Source of the DNA: Lingula anatina
Lineage: Eukaryota > Animalia > Brachiopoda
Reading direction: 5' to 3'
DNA: 64,000 nucleotides
NCBI GenBank assembly: GCA_051362555.1
Contig: CM120640.1
Coordinates: 47,098,788-47,162,787, forward strand
Shown: positions 24,491 through 37,040 of the stretch, in pieces
Layout of the letters: each line of letters starts with the position of its first letter
Position numbering within the stretch: the stretch's first letter is position 1
Made by a program: the position numbers and the translations under genes
The notes under the pieces: model-generated
What the model was told of the DNA's origin: nothing
The model's database searches: none
What the model saw: only the letters and a program-made list of their open reading frames with translations

Positions 24491-27400
24491 ACCTGGATTT
24501 GTTTATTATGGATGGAATAATAACCTCTAAAAATATGAAATGCATTTATATGTGAATATTATACCTGCAGGTTTGCCTCAGAAGATTAATTGCATGTTTG
24601 AGCTATGGACCGAAAGAGAACTTATATATCAAATGCTCTTCTCCAACTTTACCTTATTCATATTTTACCCATTGTTATATGAATTGATACATTGGAGATA
24701 CAGAAAACATTTGCCTGCCATAGTGCAATTACATGCTTGGAGTATTGTGAAAGAATTGAGATGGAAAGGTAACTGTCATGCCTAACAGCCAAGGCTTGGC
24801 ATTTGTTTGAGTGGAATAATAAGTGCACAGTTGCCCTGGGTGGTCTCAAATATTAATTTTTAAAACCAATATATTTATAAATTATCACAAAAAAGGTTGC
24901 CCCCGTTAAGAAAAATGTCATGCCATCTTCATTTTACATGTATGATTAGAATTTGTCTTATATGAACTATTGTCCCTATTAGGTCAAAGGTGGATTTTAC
25001 CTATTCACGTCCTCTTGATGTGAATAACCTTTATTTCATGCAGCAACATTTTGTGAATTAACTGAAACATTAGAATGTCCACCAGAATGTGTACAATTTC
25101 AAGCACCCCCGTAATTTTTATTAAAACAAATATTTTGTTTTCCTTTTCAATTATCTAATTATGATTATCGCAGGGAATATGATTTAATAGAACACTGGTG
25201 TGTAAGTTACTGCCTCCATTCAAATTTTTACTCAGTCTAAATTTGTCCACTTAATGTAAGTAACCTTTGCTATTTGGTTTGTTCTCTTATTTAACCCACA
25301 TTGTCAACTGCGACCTGGAAAAAGTATACTGTGTAAACGATGTGCTCGGTAGTAAGCCTCCCACGACGGAAACAATTTTTTCAAAAAGGAAGAAATCTCC
25401 TTCATACATTTTACCCAGTTCAAATAAAAAGACGGTAACGCGATATGGTGTCAAGCAAATCTGTTTGAGGGGTTCTTCAAAACCAAATAGTATACTCTGC
25501 ATTAGCTACGCGTTTCTTCTACATCTGTTCATGTACCTTGTTGTATCAAATAACCACCCCGTCTCACTGACGTATATATTTACCGAGTTATTTTGCTGTT
25601 TTCCTAACTTCTGAACTCTCAGCATTCTGCTGTGTGTGTGTGTCAAGTAAGTGTATTCGGCATATTCTTTTCGGGTGCTATTTTCTTTAAAAAACGCTTA
25701 TAGAACCGATTGTTCCGTTAAAGTCCCCCAGATGACACAGTTTTTATGGGAAAGTGAAAATATGACATTCCCTAAAATCGATTGAACAAAAGCAGAAGTT
25801 CAATATAAAATGCTTCTCATGCTCAGCTTTTGTATTTTTTCGCTATATGGACTTACATCATTAGACAACAGTCAACTTAAGGTCGCGATCCATTGGTGTG
25901 CCTTTTTCAGTCATTACAACACGCTTTTATGATATTTTTTTATTTTTAAAAGAACGCAGACGTCAAAATAGTGTGATTTAATACAATCCTCCGGACTGGC
26001 GCGGGCCCCTCCAGTTGCAAAAGTAGCATAAGCTACCGTCTCTACGATAGCTCTATCAAGTCCGGAACAGAAGACCATAAATTAAACTTGCCTGATAACC
26101 AGTTTGTCTCGTTCTTAACTAAAATGTATTAAAGTGTGTGCTGGTACATGACAACGCTTTATGTAATCATCTGATGTCTTTATACAGGTTGCTTCCAAAG
26201 AATAATATACTAGTATATGATGGTTTAACTGCGGCCCGAAGATACAGGGGAGGGGGTCATGAATCATGTCGGGTCTCATCTTCGGCGGCATGAGCTCGTG
26301 TGTGCGTGGGCGCGTGCTTGTGTCCTGGTGCTCGGATGGATAGATTATTTTAATTAATGACTAGAAAAAAACCACACGTCGCACATCTTGTGACTGCATA
26401 TGCAGTGCTTTCGTCTCTCGGTTCCTCAAACGTGATTAAAATAGCAATAAAAATGAGTTATTGGTTCTATTTAATCTTAATCACGACTGGTTTTTTATAC
26501 AGATACACTGGATAACTATCAAGCCGAGGTCTCTCTGAACATTTTGCAGACAAGCAAATCACAAGTATACAAGAGTTATTGTTTGAAAACTGGAAAATTA
26601 TCATTTATAAGGGCAGACGAGTCTCCTTTTATCTGCGTGGTGAGAATATTTTATCAGATGCCCTGTACGGAAAAAGTTAAGTCTTGAACATTTTTTATAT
26701 CAAATCGGGTTAAATGTCTCACGTGGCGATTTAAACCTCCAAAACTGTAATAGTGTTCCTATGTTCAAAATTACATTTTAGGCAGGAGACAGACGGATTT
26801 TGCAGGGAGTTAGATCGCATTAATAACGCTAATTCAAACGCCACGCGGCGTCTTTAATTTTCTATTCATTTCATAGCTTTTCACATAACCTTGCATCGTA
26901 GCATTGCTTTCAGACGAAGAATGAAGAAGGTATAATTTCATCTAAATACGAAGGTAACACAGCACACGTTATATATTTATGATTTTCACTTTTCTCGTAT
27001 TTTTCAGTGTCATATATATAGCAATGCAACCATAATGCTTAGAATTAATAATGTTCTCATTTGTTTATTTTTTAAGGATAGAACATAGAACATTAATTTG
27101 TTTTGATTATTTTAATCGAGCTTGTGACAAATAGATATTTGTGATAGTTTTTTTACTCCCTTATCATTGGTATGCCGTTAGATCTGCCTACCAGATTGTG
27201 ATAGCAATCACGTATCTGTCCTGATAAATTCCACCCACCCACAATGTCACGTTATACCTGAACATCCAATACTTAGTGCATTTTAGGGCAAACGGCATAT
27301 AACTCATGGAAAAAAGATTCTAGCGCATTACTACTTTCATGGATATGAGAAAATACACCTGTTACTAGTATTTTTGGGAAACAACCTAAAACGCATAAGA

Positions 27401-30400
27401 AGTGAATAACATAGAAATGGGGGAGTTTGTAGTTAAAAATCATTGAACAAAAATTTATTGATTCTCTGAACTATCGTATATAAAATTGACATGTTATACT
27501 GCTGAAATGAGCGTTAAAAAACAAAAAATCACAAAACCTGCTTACACTGCAGAGAATGGATGCATCTCGAACTGTTCCCTTAGTGTGGTCACATTGGAAG
27601 TCTTTTCTCTTACCCCCTCTCACTTTCTCTCTTTCCTATTTCTCAAATAATCAAGGTCACTTAAATAGTCCAAGTAAGTTATCGGACCCGTGTCTTACAG
27701 TTTATCCCCACGCTAAGATGCTTGACATAAGCTAAAATCAAACGTTCCATCATTGTGTCAGAGTCCACGCAAACCGATCCTTATTGTATTGCTTAATTGT
27801 GCATATGTTTGGACGTTAAATATTTGCTTTGCATTAAAGGTAGCTCATTAGATTTCAAAGTACATAGTGATTCGACCAAATATAGAGAGCGCAATTATCG
27901 CTGTTTTGCTGCTTCAAGAATGTTATGATATTTAAGTTTTTCTGCCTTCTGTTAGGTACCAATCGAGCCACTAAAGAAATTTTTGACTTAATTTGTATTT
28001 TGATAAGTTGGGATGTCAACCATAAAACCGTCCTTACATTTCGGAAATGCACTGTTAACGCAATTTTCTTTCAATAAGTGATATTGTAAAGAAAACGCAG
28101 TGATTTTCACCCTCTGAATTCTTCATTCCAAAAAAGGTGCGAGACACGTCTGCCTGAATAATTTGCGTTTTGTCTACTTTTTGAAAGCAAATAACGGTGA
28201 GGTAATTCAGGAAAACTGAGAAACAAAGCTAATAGGATTTACTCGCCCCATTACCAATGTCGCTAGTAAGAGAAGAATTGTAATTACAGGTGGTAATGGA
28301 CCAAAGTATTTTCACGTGAAAATGAATTCACACTCAGCTCCTTCACATTCAAGTAGTTGGATGGATTAGAAAGAAAACCCTCCGCGTTGGTCACTGTTCA
28401 CATAGGAAACTAAGAGGGGGGGGTACGTTTCCCCTGCTCTGGTACCCCCCCTTACTCCTATATAGGAAAAGCAGAAATATGGTGGCCATAAAACAATGTT
28501 TTACTTAAAAACTGTGTCCTATCCACTACAACTATCATATTATATGTTGTCGACATGCGGACTCAAGCCGATGTCAGCCCAGTCTGTATGCATCCTTCAT
28601 ATTGACACAAATCCAACTGCAATAAATCCCTAGTGCCATTCATAGAGTTTAGAGACTTTATGCAATTATTATTATGTATCTATAAATGCACTGGGTCCAC
28701 ACTCTTAACATTGGTTTAGTCTCCAGGTATTCAATGAAAGCCTCTCAAGGAGTCCGGGTTAGTTGTTGTCTCGTGAAGTTGTGTAGAAGCAAACTTCCTT
28801 CCCTTTCAGTAGCCAAATAAACGTTATGCAACAATACTCTCTATCCCGAGGTTCATTCCGTACGGACTCTAACAAGTCATGTTATTTATTTTCCTCAAAA
28901 TTTCTCTCTGGCGTGATGCCTGGAAAATTCCATATAAGCAGTGGGGTTTCTTCCAGATCAGTAGTTGAAACAATATTTAAGTTGTTAAAAAATCAATGAA
29001 ATTAACCGGGGGTTGTGTTCGACCTGTTTTTTTCTTCTTCTTTAGAAAAAATTAATTTGCATCATTTCTTTTCGGCCATTACGACCGGTTTGTCAAATAG
29101 TAGAATTTTGATGATTGGGTTCGTGTAAGGGGCGTTTTTCAGGGTCAGTGTTCGCAAAGAATCAAGCTAGTGTATCTGCTATCTGTACAGCGAGGATATT
29201 TTGTGTACCAACTGTTTTAGGTACCAACTGTTTGTTTTTGCATTTACACTGGGTCAAATAATTTGATAAATTGTACACTGAAAGGAGGTCAAGCAGAAGA
29301 CCAGAGTGTTTTTATTATCTTTCTAAGAATTTTGAAGAAACAAAACAGAGTAGTTAGCTCAAAGTTGTATTCTGCACATATTTATTCTGTTTTGGACGTT
29401 GAAAGTAGTGGCATAACTGTGAGTTGCGACTTCTCAAAAGCCAATATTTTAATAGGTGAAAGTATGAAATCAACGCATTTATAAGTAAAAACCACAGAAT
29501 CGAACACACGTTTTTATCTCGGGATTTTTGCTCCCGTTTAGATTTGACCTCGTGCGAGAGGCTCTCTACCTGCGTATTCGATTCGCCAGTGGAATGACAA
29601 GCTATTTATATTCTCCGGTAGCGCTAGTGGCGTAAGCTGGTTAACATTCACAGGTGAGCATTCTCTGTGACAACAGTTGAATGTTCCGCTGGGTGTGCAG
29701 TGTATGCAGGAAAGGGGAAGGGCACGAACGTTTCTCGTCTGCGCGTATCTAGTCTGTGTGAATTCCCTTGCTTCGCAATCACAGGAGCAAGAAATGACAG
29801 TTTTTTAAACCGTCTCATTAGTTCCCGTTTAAAAGGTGAGTTGCCGCATACTCTCTCTTCGTGTCATTTGAAAATGTTGCAATTGCGTCGTGTACAATTG
29901 GCTTTTATTATTTTTGAGTTCTTTAAAATTATCTGTTAGACTAAAATTGCTGCCGTGACAGCTCGGTTGACTTCACCGTTGTTGTTACATATGTATTACT
30001 CGAATTCGTACCAGTAACATGCTATTACTGCAATTGGAAAAGTGGTATTTGTGATTAAACACACCTTCAGTACAATATTCCCCTTTCATGCTAGCAAGAA
30101 CAACAACTCTTTACATATCAATTGGCTCGTCTTGGCTCGTTTTATGAAGTAACGTTAAACGAGTCTATTTACTTCAACTATTATTAAGTGTAGGCAACAT
30201 GATATAAGTACTAATACTCTATGATAGTTGCCGGGGTATGACTCTTTGCTACCGCATAATGAGGCTAGAGTGAACTGTTTATGTGCCCCGGTAACTGAGT
30301 ACCTGTCGTAAAACTTGTGACTTGTAAGATATGCTATGGTTTTACTTAAATCCTCGTAATGTGAACACTATTCGTCCATTACTGCGTAGTTTCGCTATCG

Positions 30401-33147
30401 ATTCAGTCTCCTAGTTTATAGCCGTACGTCATTCAGCTTTTGTTATCTAATTCTACGAAATATGAATGGATAGATGTATCTATGCAATACCGTTTAGTAG
30501 ACGGACTTACTTGATTTTAGGTATAGTACCATTTCAATAAGACATAAAAAATGTGACAAAAAACGAGTCGATTTAGAGCAGTACGTTCTGAAGCATACAA
30601 GAGATAAATGGTACTAGAACATGATTCACCGTTTGGTCTCTCTAAATTATTGATATGCAGCTGTCGTTTTCATATTGTCGCTGTTAGTTTAATAGAGACA
30701 GTTGTTTTAGCCGAAAGCAATTGCAATATATTCAACTACATTGAAGTCATGGGGATTTTCGGGTTATTATTCTGTACCTGTAAATACACAAAGTATTGTC
30801 TTTTGGGGTTGAATGATTTAAGACAGTGGATGGAAATTTCATTTCAAAAGGACCTAGGTAACTTTAGAAAATAATTGGACACTTGTTTTTGAAAAAAAAA
30901 ATGTTTGCAAATACGTAATCTGAAGTCTATGTTGTAACCTCACCCAACATAAAACCTGCAAGGAAGTTAATCCAAAAGGCTTAACATATGAGGTACGTGT
31001 AAATAGACTTCTAACCGTCTATTTATGCTGGGATTAAGGATGATAATTAAGGCAAATAACTTCTTGCTGCTGTGGGTTATAATTTTTAAGTCGTAACATT
31101 AGTTTAAAGCACAACTAGTCCCATATTGATAGAAATAACAGAAGTTCAGCAACTGCACCCGTTTGTCAGTTTCCCGGTGTGAGGATTACACCATACCACA
31201 CCATTACTCTATACTAGAGGCAAGTTGAGTGATGACATTAATTCCATACAAAATTCTCTCTGGGCACAATAGAGAAAAGTGTAAAGAATTAACCAGAGAC
31301 AGATCTGCGAATATTTAGTGAAAAAAATCAATGTGTGGCCCTGGTAAAGGGCACCACACCATACTTGAAATAGGATAAGAAAGAATAGTGTGATGATTTG
31401 ATCATGTCCACGTTCACGTCTACGTCCAGATTTCATACCATGTCTTGCCCTGGCGGGGAAACAGAGCCCCATTATTGGGGGAGGCTATATTTAGTATCGG
31501 TGGCATGTTATCAGAGGTGCGACTGTTCTAGTCCCAGTTTGACAAAAAAAAAAAAGTCCACCCAGACAATGCCTGCCAGCATTTGTCAGCGTGTGCTGAA
31601 CGTTGTATTGATAAGGTAAATCCCACATGAAAGTATGCTTATCTGAACTAATAGTTTTCAAACATGGTTAATAAATGTATTTATTTCACAGATAGAAAAA
31701 CAGATGTAGTTATGCGCCTTTATTAATCCCATGAACGAGCCTTTAAGGATATTTATCTAGTCAATGACACTAGTACAATGAGAGAATGTCTGTTCGCGGT
31801 TTGATACTGAAATTAAAATGTCTGTCTATAATTCATGTTTTTCATAATTATGCTAATATCTTTAGTTCAGACAGATTTCAGCAGTAGATTAGGGAGTAAA
31901 TAACATTAATTTTAAGAAAGTATGTTTCCCAATGTCGGTCCGCATCGACCACCCATTAATTATGCCACGAAAAGCCCATCATTTGCTCTGTCAAGTGCAT
32001 GTGCACATGTACAAATCAAATCTATTATTAAACGTGTTGGTCACATAGAGGACAGTGTCGACCCTTTCTCTTAGTTAAATTCTTAACCCATAAGATCATT
32101 CAACGGATAAACGTGGTCCTAGCTGAAACTCGCCTTTGTAGCTGTTGGAATGGAAAGAGGCATGCAAGCAAAGCTGATTGAGCTATCATTCCTTGCTGCG
32201 TGTTTTCAGGCAGGTGTCCTCTTTATTTTGTCTGATTAATGGGTATTTGAATGTAATGTTGAATTTACAGCTTGCTTACAAATGTCAGAGTCAAGCACAC
32301 GACCAATCTGTTAAATGGCGGTTATGATAGGTAGTTTCTGGTTATCTAAGGGTTTCATTCGTTCTCTAAGACCAAATATTCGTATTCCAGCTTTTTCTTC
32401 CTATGTTGATCTTCGTGACTCCTTTGAAGCTCATCTTTGTTTGAAGTAGTTTTTCAAAATTGTAATACTAATACGTAAAAAAAAAAATTAGAGGAAGATC
32501 TCAGGAATGCGTACAGTACTATTTTACACCTTATCAAGAAACCCCGTTTCACGTTCCACAACGTCGTTGCTAGGCAGTGCATACCTTGAAAGTGAATCCT
32601 TTCCAATAGAGAAACGCAGTTATACATCCCACCTGCAGACCAATCTTATCTCACTGTCAGTTAAATTACCGAGCGAGTAATGTTCGTTAACTAGAGCGAT
32701 TAATTTCTTAATGCATCGTTAATTGTTTGCTCACACAATTTAAGATACAAGATGATACAAGTATGAAGATTAAGCGTGTGGTACTTAGCACCACTCCGGT
32801 TGGTAGATTAGATGTTAATCTTCTTGATGGATATTCACTTTATTATCTTAAACGGTGGATTAATATCATTGCAATATTAACCAACATTCAAACATTCCAC
32901 GTCTTGGAACTACGATACAAGATATCTTGGATCCTAGCTTGGAAGTTTCTAACCATAGCTCCGAAATGTAAGGTGGGCAATCATCATTAACTCCTTCAGT
33001 CTATACGGGTAAATTAAAGCTACATTAGTGTACGATATACTGGTGTTGGGATGACGCAAGCTAGACAAGTATTTTTGTGGTGAAATGCCACCGTTTTCAT
33101 GGACAAGGCATGAGACAATACGTTGTCGTTCATGGATATATATTATT

Positions 33148-33540
33148 GAAGTGATGCGGGTACAGTACGCCTGAACACAAATAGCTTATCAGTATTTTTT
33201 AAGGAATGTAAAATATTTATGGTATTTATAATAGGCCATTGATTTTACGTGTAAATTCCCGGACAAACATTATATCCTGTAACATGTACACCTTAAAAGC
33301 AACACACCTTTACTGAATAAAACACCGTGCCTTAACTGTAACCGCAAATTATTTTCACCCTGCGGGGTGTTATTACACCCAAGAATGTAACTTTAAAATA
33401 GGATGCAGAAAAATTCAATAAGCAATATTCTTTAGGAATGTGAAATATGTGGTTAAACCTTCTGATTTTAGGAAAAACACCATGTATATCCTTTATCCTA
33501 TTGAAAAGCCGTAAAAAACACACCTGTACCGGCATCATTC
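33148..33540. mobile_element. Possible old MITE/foldback remnant
   Basis: GAAGTGATGCGGGTACAG (33148-33165) is an imperfect inverted repeat of CTGTACCGGCATCATTC (33524-33540); internal short repeats such as TTTA(A)GGAATGT(A/G)AAAT. No TSD identified. Confidence 0.35.
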
Positions 33541-35435
33541 TTTTTAAGAATACAAAGTATGCATGCCCGGATGTGTGAATCCTATTTTAATAATAATAAC
33601 AAAGTTAAAACTGAATACATTAAGAATTACGAAACATATATCGGAGTTGTTTTTTGTAGATTTCTAGTCCTTGTTTATTGTCATAACCTAATGTGTAACA
33701 CGATAAATAATACATGATTGTCAGATTATTATTATTTTATAATTATTCTTTTTTTTTTTGGGGGGGGGGGGGGAGGGGGGTGAAATCCGGGTTGGTTCAC
33801 CGGTAGTGTCCAGCATTGTTTCTTTGACTTACTCAGACACACAGGGTTTCAATTGCCATGGCGCCCGAATTCCAATTTAACTACACCTAATATTTGATTA
33901 CATATTATCAACCCCCATGTCATTACATTGTTATCAGTTTTCCGTGCCCTGTGAATAATGACAAATTCCATCGAAGAAATTAGAATATGATAATCATTCT
34001 ACCATTTCAAATACTGTTATGTTATCAAACCCTAGATATCGTTTATTGGTCAAGGCCTGGCTCAGTTTTGCCACTGAGTAGTGCCCAAGGGTCGTGGCAG
34101 GTGTGGTTATTTAATTTGCAGAGGGTAGTTATTTGGGGGGTCAAGCAAAAGCACGGACATCGCCTTTCGTTGTTTTCAATGGACGTACGTCACGTTGGGT
34201 GGCCGCAGGTGAAACATGCATACATACCCTTCATGGTGACGTAATAAATCAGACTAATTATTCACCGTGGTTAACTTGTTTGTGTACTTATACAAAACCG
34301 CTGAACTTGGTCGTGGTATGCGGAATCAATACAATGGTGTGGTTATCAATGTCCCTTTCTTTTCAGTAGTATTTGAACCTCACGATTTGGGCGAGTCATA
34401 GTGTTGTTTATTGTCACTGCCCCGCACCTTAGTTTACATTTGTACGTTTTTGGTCAAGAATGATCATTCATTTGATTCATTCATTAAGGGCCTCGTTTTC
34501 GCCTCAGGAAGTCAAATTTCGCAAGAATACGCTTATTCAAAACCACCCAGTCTTCAAGTCGGCTATAATGGTGAATTGGGTATAATATGGGATGAATTGT
34601 CAAAACCCCCGTCATTCTTCGCGCCTTTGACTCTTTCACCAGTACGTTTCATTTGTATAATAGGTATGGTGCGTCTTGTTTTGCGAGACACACTCTCTCA
34701 ACTAGGGCTTTGTGCATGTTGCTTTACCGATCCGACCTTGTGCAAATAGGAGCCCATATAATACAAGGAAAGAAAAGCGATCAATTCCCTGTAGAAATGC
34801 AAGGTATTATGGTCTTATATGGCATTGTCCGTCATGTGTACTTAAGGGTTGTTCCGTTGTGAAAGGATTGGAAACGCGGGGTAAAATACGATAAAACTGA
34901 CAGAGTCGCTGTGAAACGCAGCGCATTAACAGCGCGTGCTCTGAGCAGAAAACGTGTCGCTAAGAGGAATATGTTTGTGCGTTCATCCTTCCGCGTTTAT
35001 ATTTTAACCAGGTATATGCCTTAAACTGTCGCATCTTTTCTCATTGCAGCTGACCAGGCTTAGGTGAGCCCACAGAAATACCAACAACAAGATAGAGCGA
35101 AGGAGTTTTCAAAGTCGTTCATGCATGCGGCCAGGTAAAGTTACCGCCATTCTTCGTGAACAATTACAGAGCATTTTGAGGCGCACACTGATCGCACCCT
35201 TATGTGAGGCATAGCCACGGAACAATAGTTTTGAACGAAGGCTAGGCGGGATATATACCGGAGATGCGCATAGAGGCTGTCTTATAACCAGCATCACCAT
35301 ATAGCAGAGGAGAGACAGCGAGAAAGAAAAATATCAGTTGACTGCCCGAGTTTTGCCGTGAGCAAACTTTCTAGATATATTGTACAACTGACAAATATCA
35401 CATCGTTTTCGCAACACAGTACATAGGCAACGGCT

Positions 35436-37040
35436 ATGGCGAAAGTTAATAGGAAAGACTCTATAAAGAAACAGCAATACTATGTGGAATACCTCGGCTG
35501 GAAGGAGGCGAGAGGGATCGCGGGGAGGGAATACACAGAACCCATCGTTCGAGAGTTGATCAACAGAAGGAAGCAGCAGGAAAACCTACCTCGGCTTACG
35601 ATTCAGGTGAGCAGAAAAGAACTGAAAATCACACAGGAGGTCGACAAACGAAAAGGGAAAATCGAAAAAATCAAGTACCCTCCCATCCCGGCCCAGGATG
35701 TGACATACGTCTGTCAGGCACTGTCACCGGACAAGGATGTAGTGGCGTGTATATTCCTAGGGTTCAACCCGTACACAAAATGTGCAGTCCACACTCACGT
35801 TTATCGATGTGACTCTGAAGACACAGCCGCCATCTTTGTGGCCCACGTAAATCAATTATTAGAAATTCCGACGCATCAACATCGCATCAGGAAAATTGAA
35901 GCCGATTTGGCAGCAAAAGGACAAATTCAGTCGCGTTTTATTGAATCTGACGACCCCCCGACACATCATTCTGGTAGTTCCGGGGGGAGCCGGAGCCCCC
36001 CGTATAGTGGGAGTGGCGATAATATTGGAATCTCCAGAGAAAGGGGTAGCTCAGGAAAACGTCCTCCGCCTAATGATATTGCAAACGATATCACCCCATA
36101 CGACTCTTTAGCCGCTGAATTACACCAGAAATTGAATGCCAAAGAAGAGGCGCCTCTTCTTTTACCACCCAAGGACTACGATACCGTATGTCGGCGCCGA
36201 GGAAACCTCCTGGATATCGACTTGAGAAGGAGCAAACAGGATAATATCGTCGGCGATGCCGCCCCGCGGAAGGACAGTAATGATGGCGGCGTTGACAGCG
36301 GCCTTGGAAGCGATTTACATTCTCCCACAGGGGACTCTCTTCCCAATCTTGATTCCAGTCTTGACGACGATGTCTTAAGGCCCATTATTCCCAGCTGGAA
36401 AAGAGCTTCTCAAAACTCCGAAGGTGCCCCTGCTAGCCTACAGAGAATCTTCGACCAGAGGGCGAATTACAACAGTGACTATTCTGGCCCGTACGAAAGT
36501 AGGGATTCATATGACCAGGGAGGCCGACCGCTCTCCCCCGGCCCGTACCACCAGAGTCACGATTACATGTATGGGACATACGTATCCACCCGGAGCTCGG
36601 GATCTGGAGGCCACACTCCCACGGAACCTGGAAACTACATGATAGGCGGATACCACCGTCCCCTTAGCCGTAGCGCATCTGGGAACTCTTGGGGTCCTAA
36701 CGATAGAAACTCGGGCGGTGAAAGCCCTCGCTATGTCCATGCGGCCCCTCAACATGTTCGCGGTCAGTCCTTGGATGAGGGTTACAACACCGTCTCTGAC
36801 ACCGCTCCCTTCTATGATGACCACCATCGTGTACCAACAAAAAGTCATGGACTCAGAAATTCGGGATCGGAGGACTTAAAATTTGCCCGTGGTCGATCGG
36901 CAAGTCCTGAAGATCCTTTGGCGAGAACGATGCCAGAGTCAAACTTCCGCGGAGGACATTACCGGCATGAGTTCTCACCTCAAAATCATCGGAGATCACA
37001 AACGGTCGAGACGAGGAATTCAAGAGGATATTACAATTAA
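35436..37040 (+). CDS. PTB/PID-domain protein with long disordered S/G/R/D/Y-rich tail (uninterrupted ORF, 534 aa)
   Basis: GC-rich 1.6-kb ORF. Residues ~13-145 show the PTB pattern: YYVEYLGWKE, helix, LTIQVSRKELKI, DVTYV, VVACI, HVYRCDSEDTAAIFVAHVNQL. Candidate acceptor at 35048-35049; AATAAA at ~38349. Confidence 0.85.
   Translation: MAKVNRKDSIKKQQYYVEYLGWKEARGIAGREYTEPIVRELINRRKQQENLPRLTIQVSRKELKITQEVDKRKGKIEKIKYPPIPAQDVTYVCQALSPDKDVVACIFLGFNPYTKCAVHTHVYRCDSEDTAAIFVAHVNQLLEIPTHQHRIRKIEADLAAKGQIQSRFIESDDPPTHHSGSSGGSRSPPYSGSGDNIGISRERGSSGKRPPPNDIANDITPYDSLAAELHQKLNAKEEAPLLLPPKDYDTVCRRRGNLLDIDLRRSKQDNIVGDAAPRKDSNDGGVDSGLGSDLHSPTGDSLPNLDSSLDDDVLRPIIPSWKRASQNSEGAPASLQRIFDQRANYNSDYSGPYESRDSYDQGGRPLSPGPYHQSHDYMYGTYVSTRSSGSGGHTPTEPGNYMIGGYHRPLSRSASGNSWGPNDRNSGGESPRYVHAAPQHVRGQSLDEGYNTVSDTAPFYDDHHRVPTKSHGLRNSGSEDLKFARGRSASPEDPLARTMPESNFRGGHYRHEFSPQNHRRSQTVETRNSRGYYN

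Noticed and set aside
28403-28460. Short hairpin TAAGAG(G)nTAC...GTAC(C)nTTA
   Set aside because: Mostly homopolymer pairing; no TSD or second copy visible.
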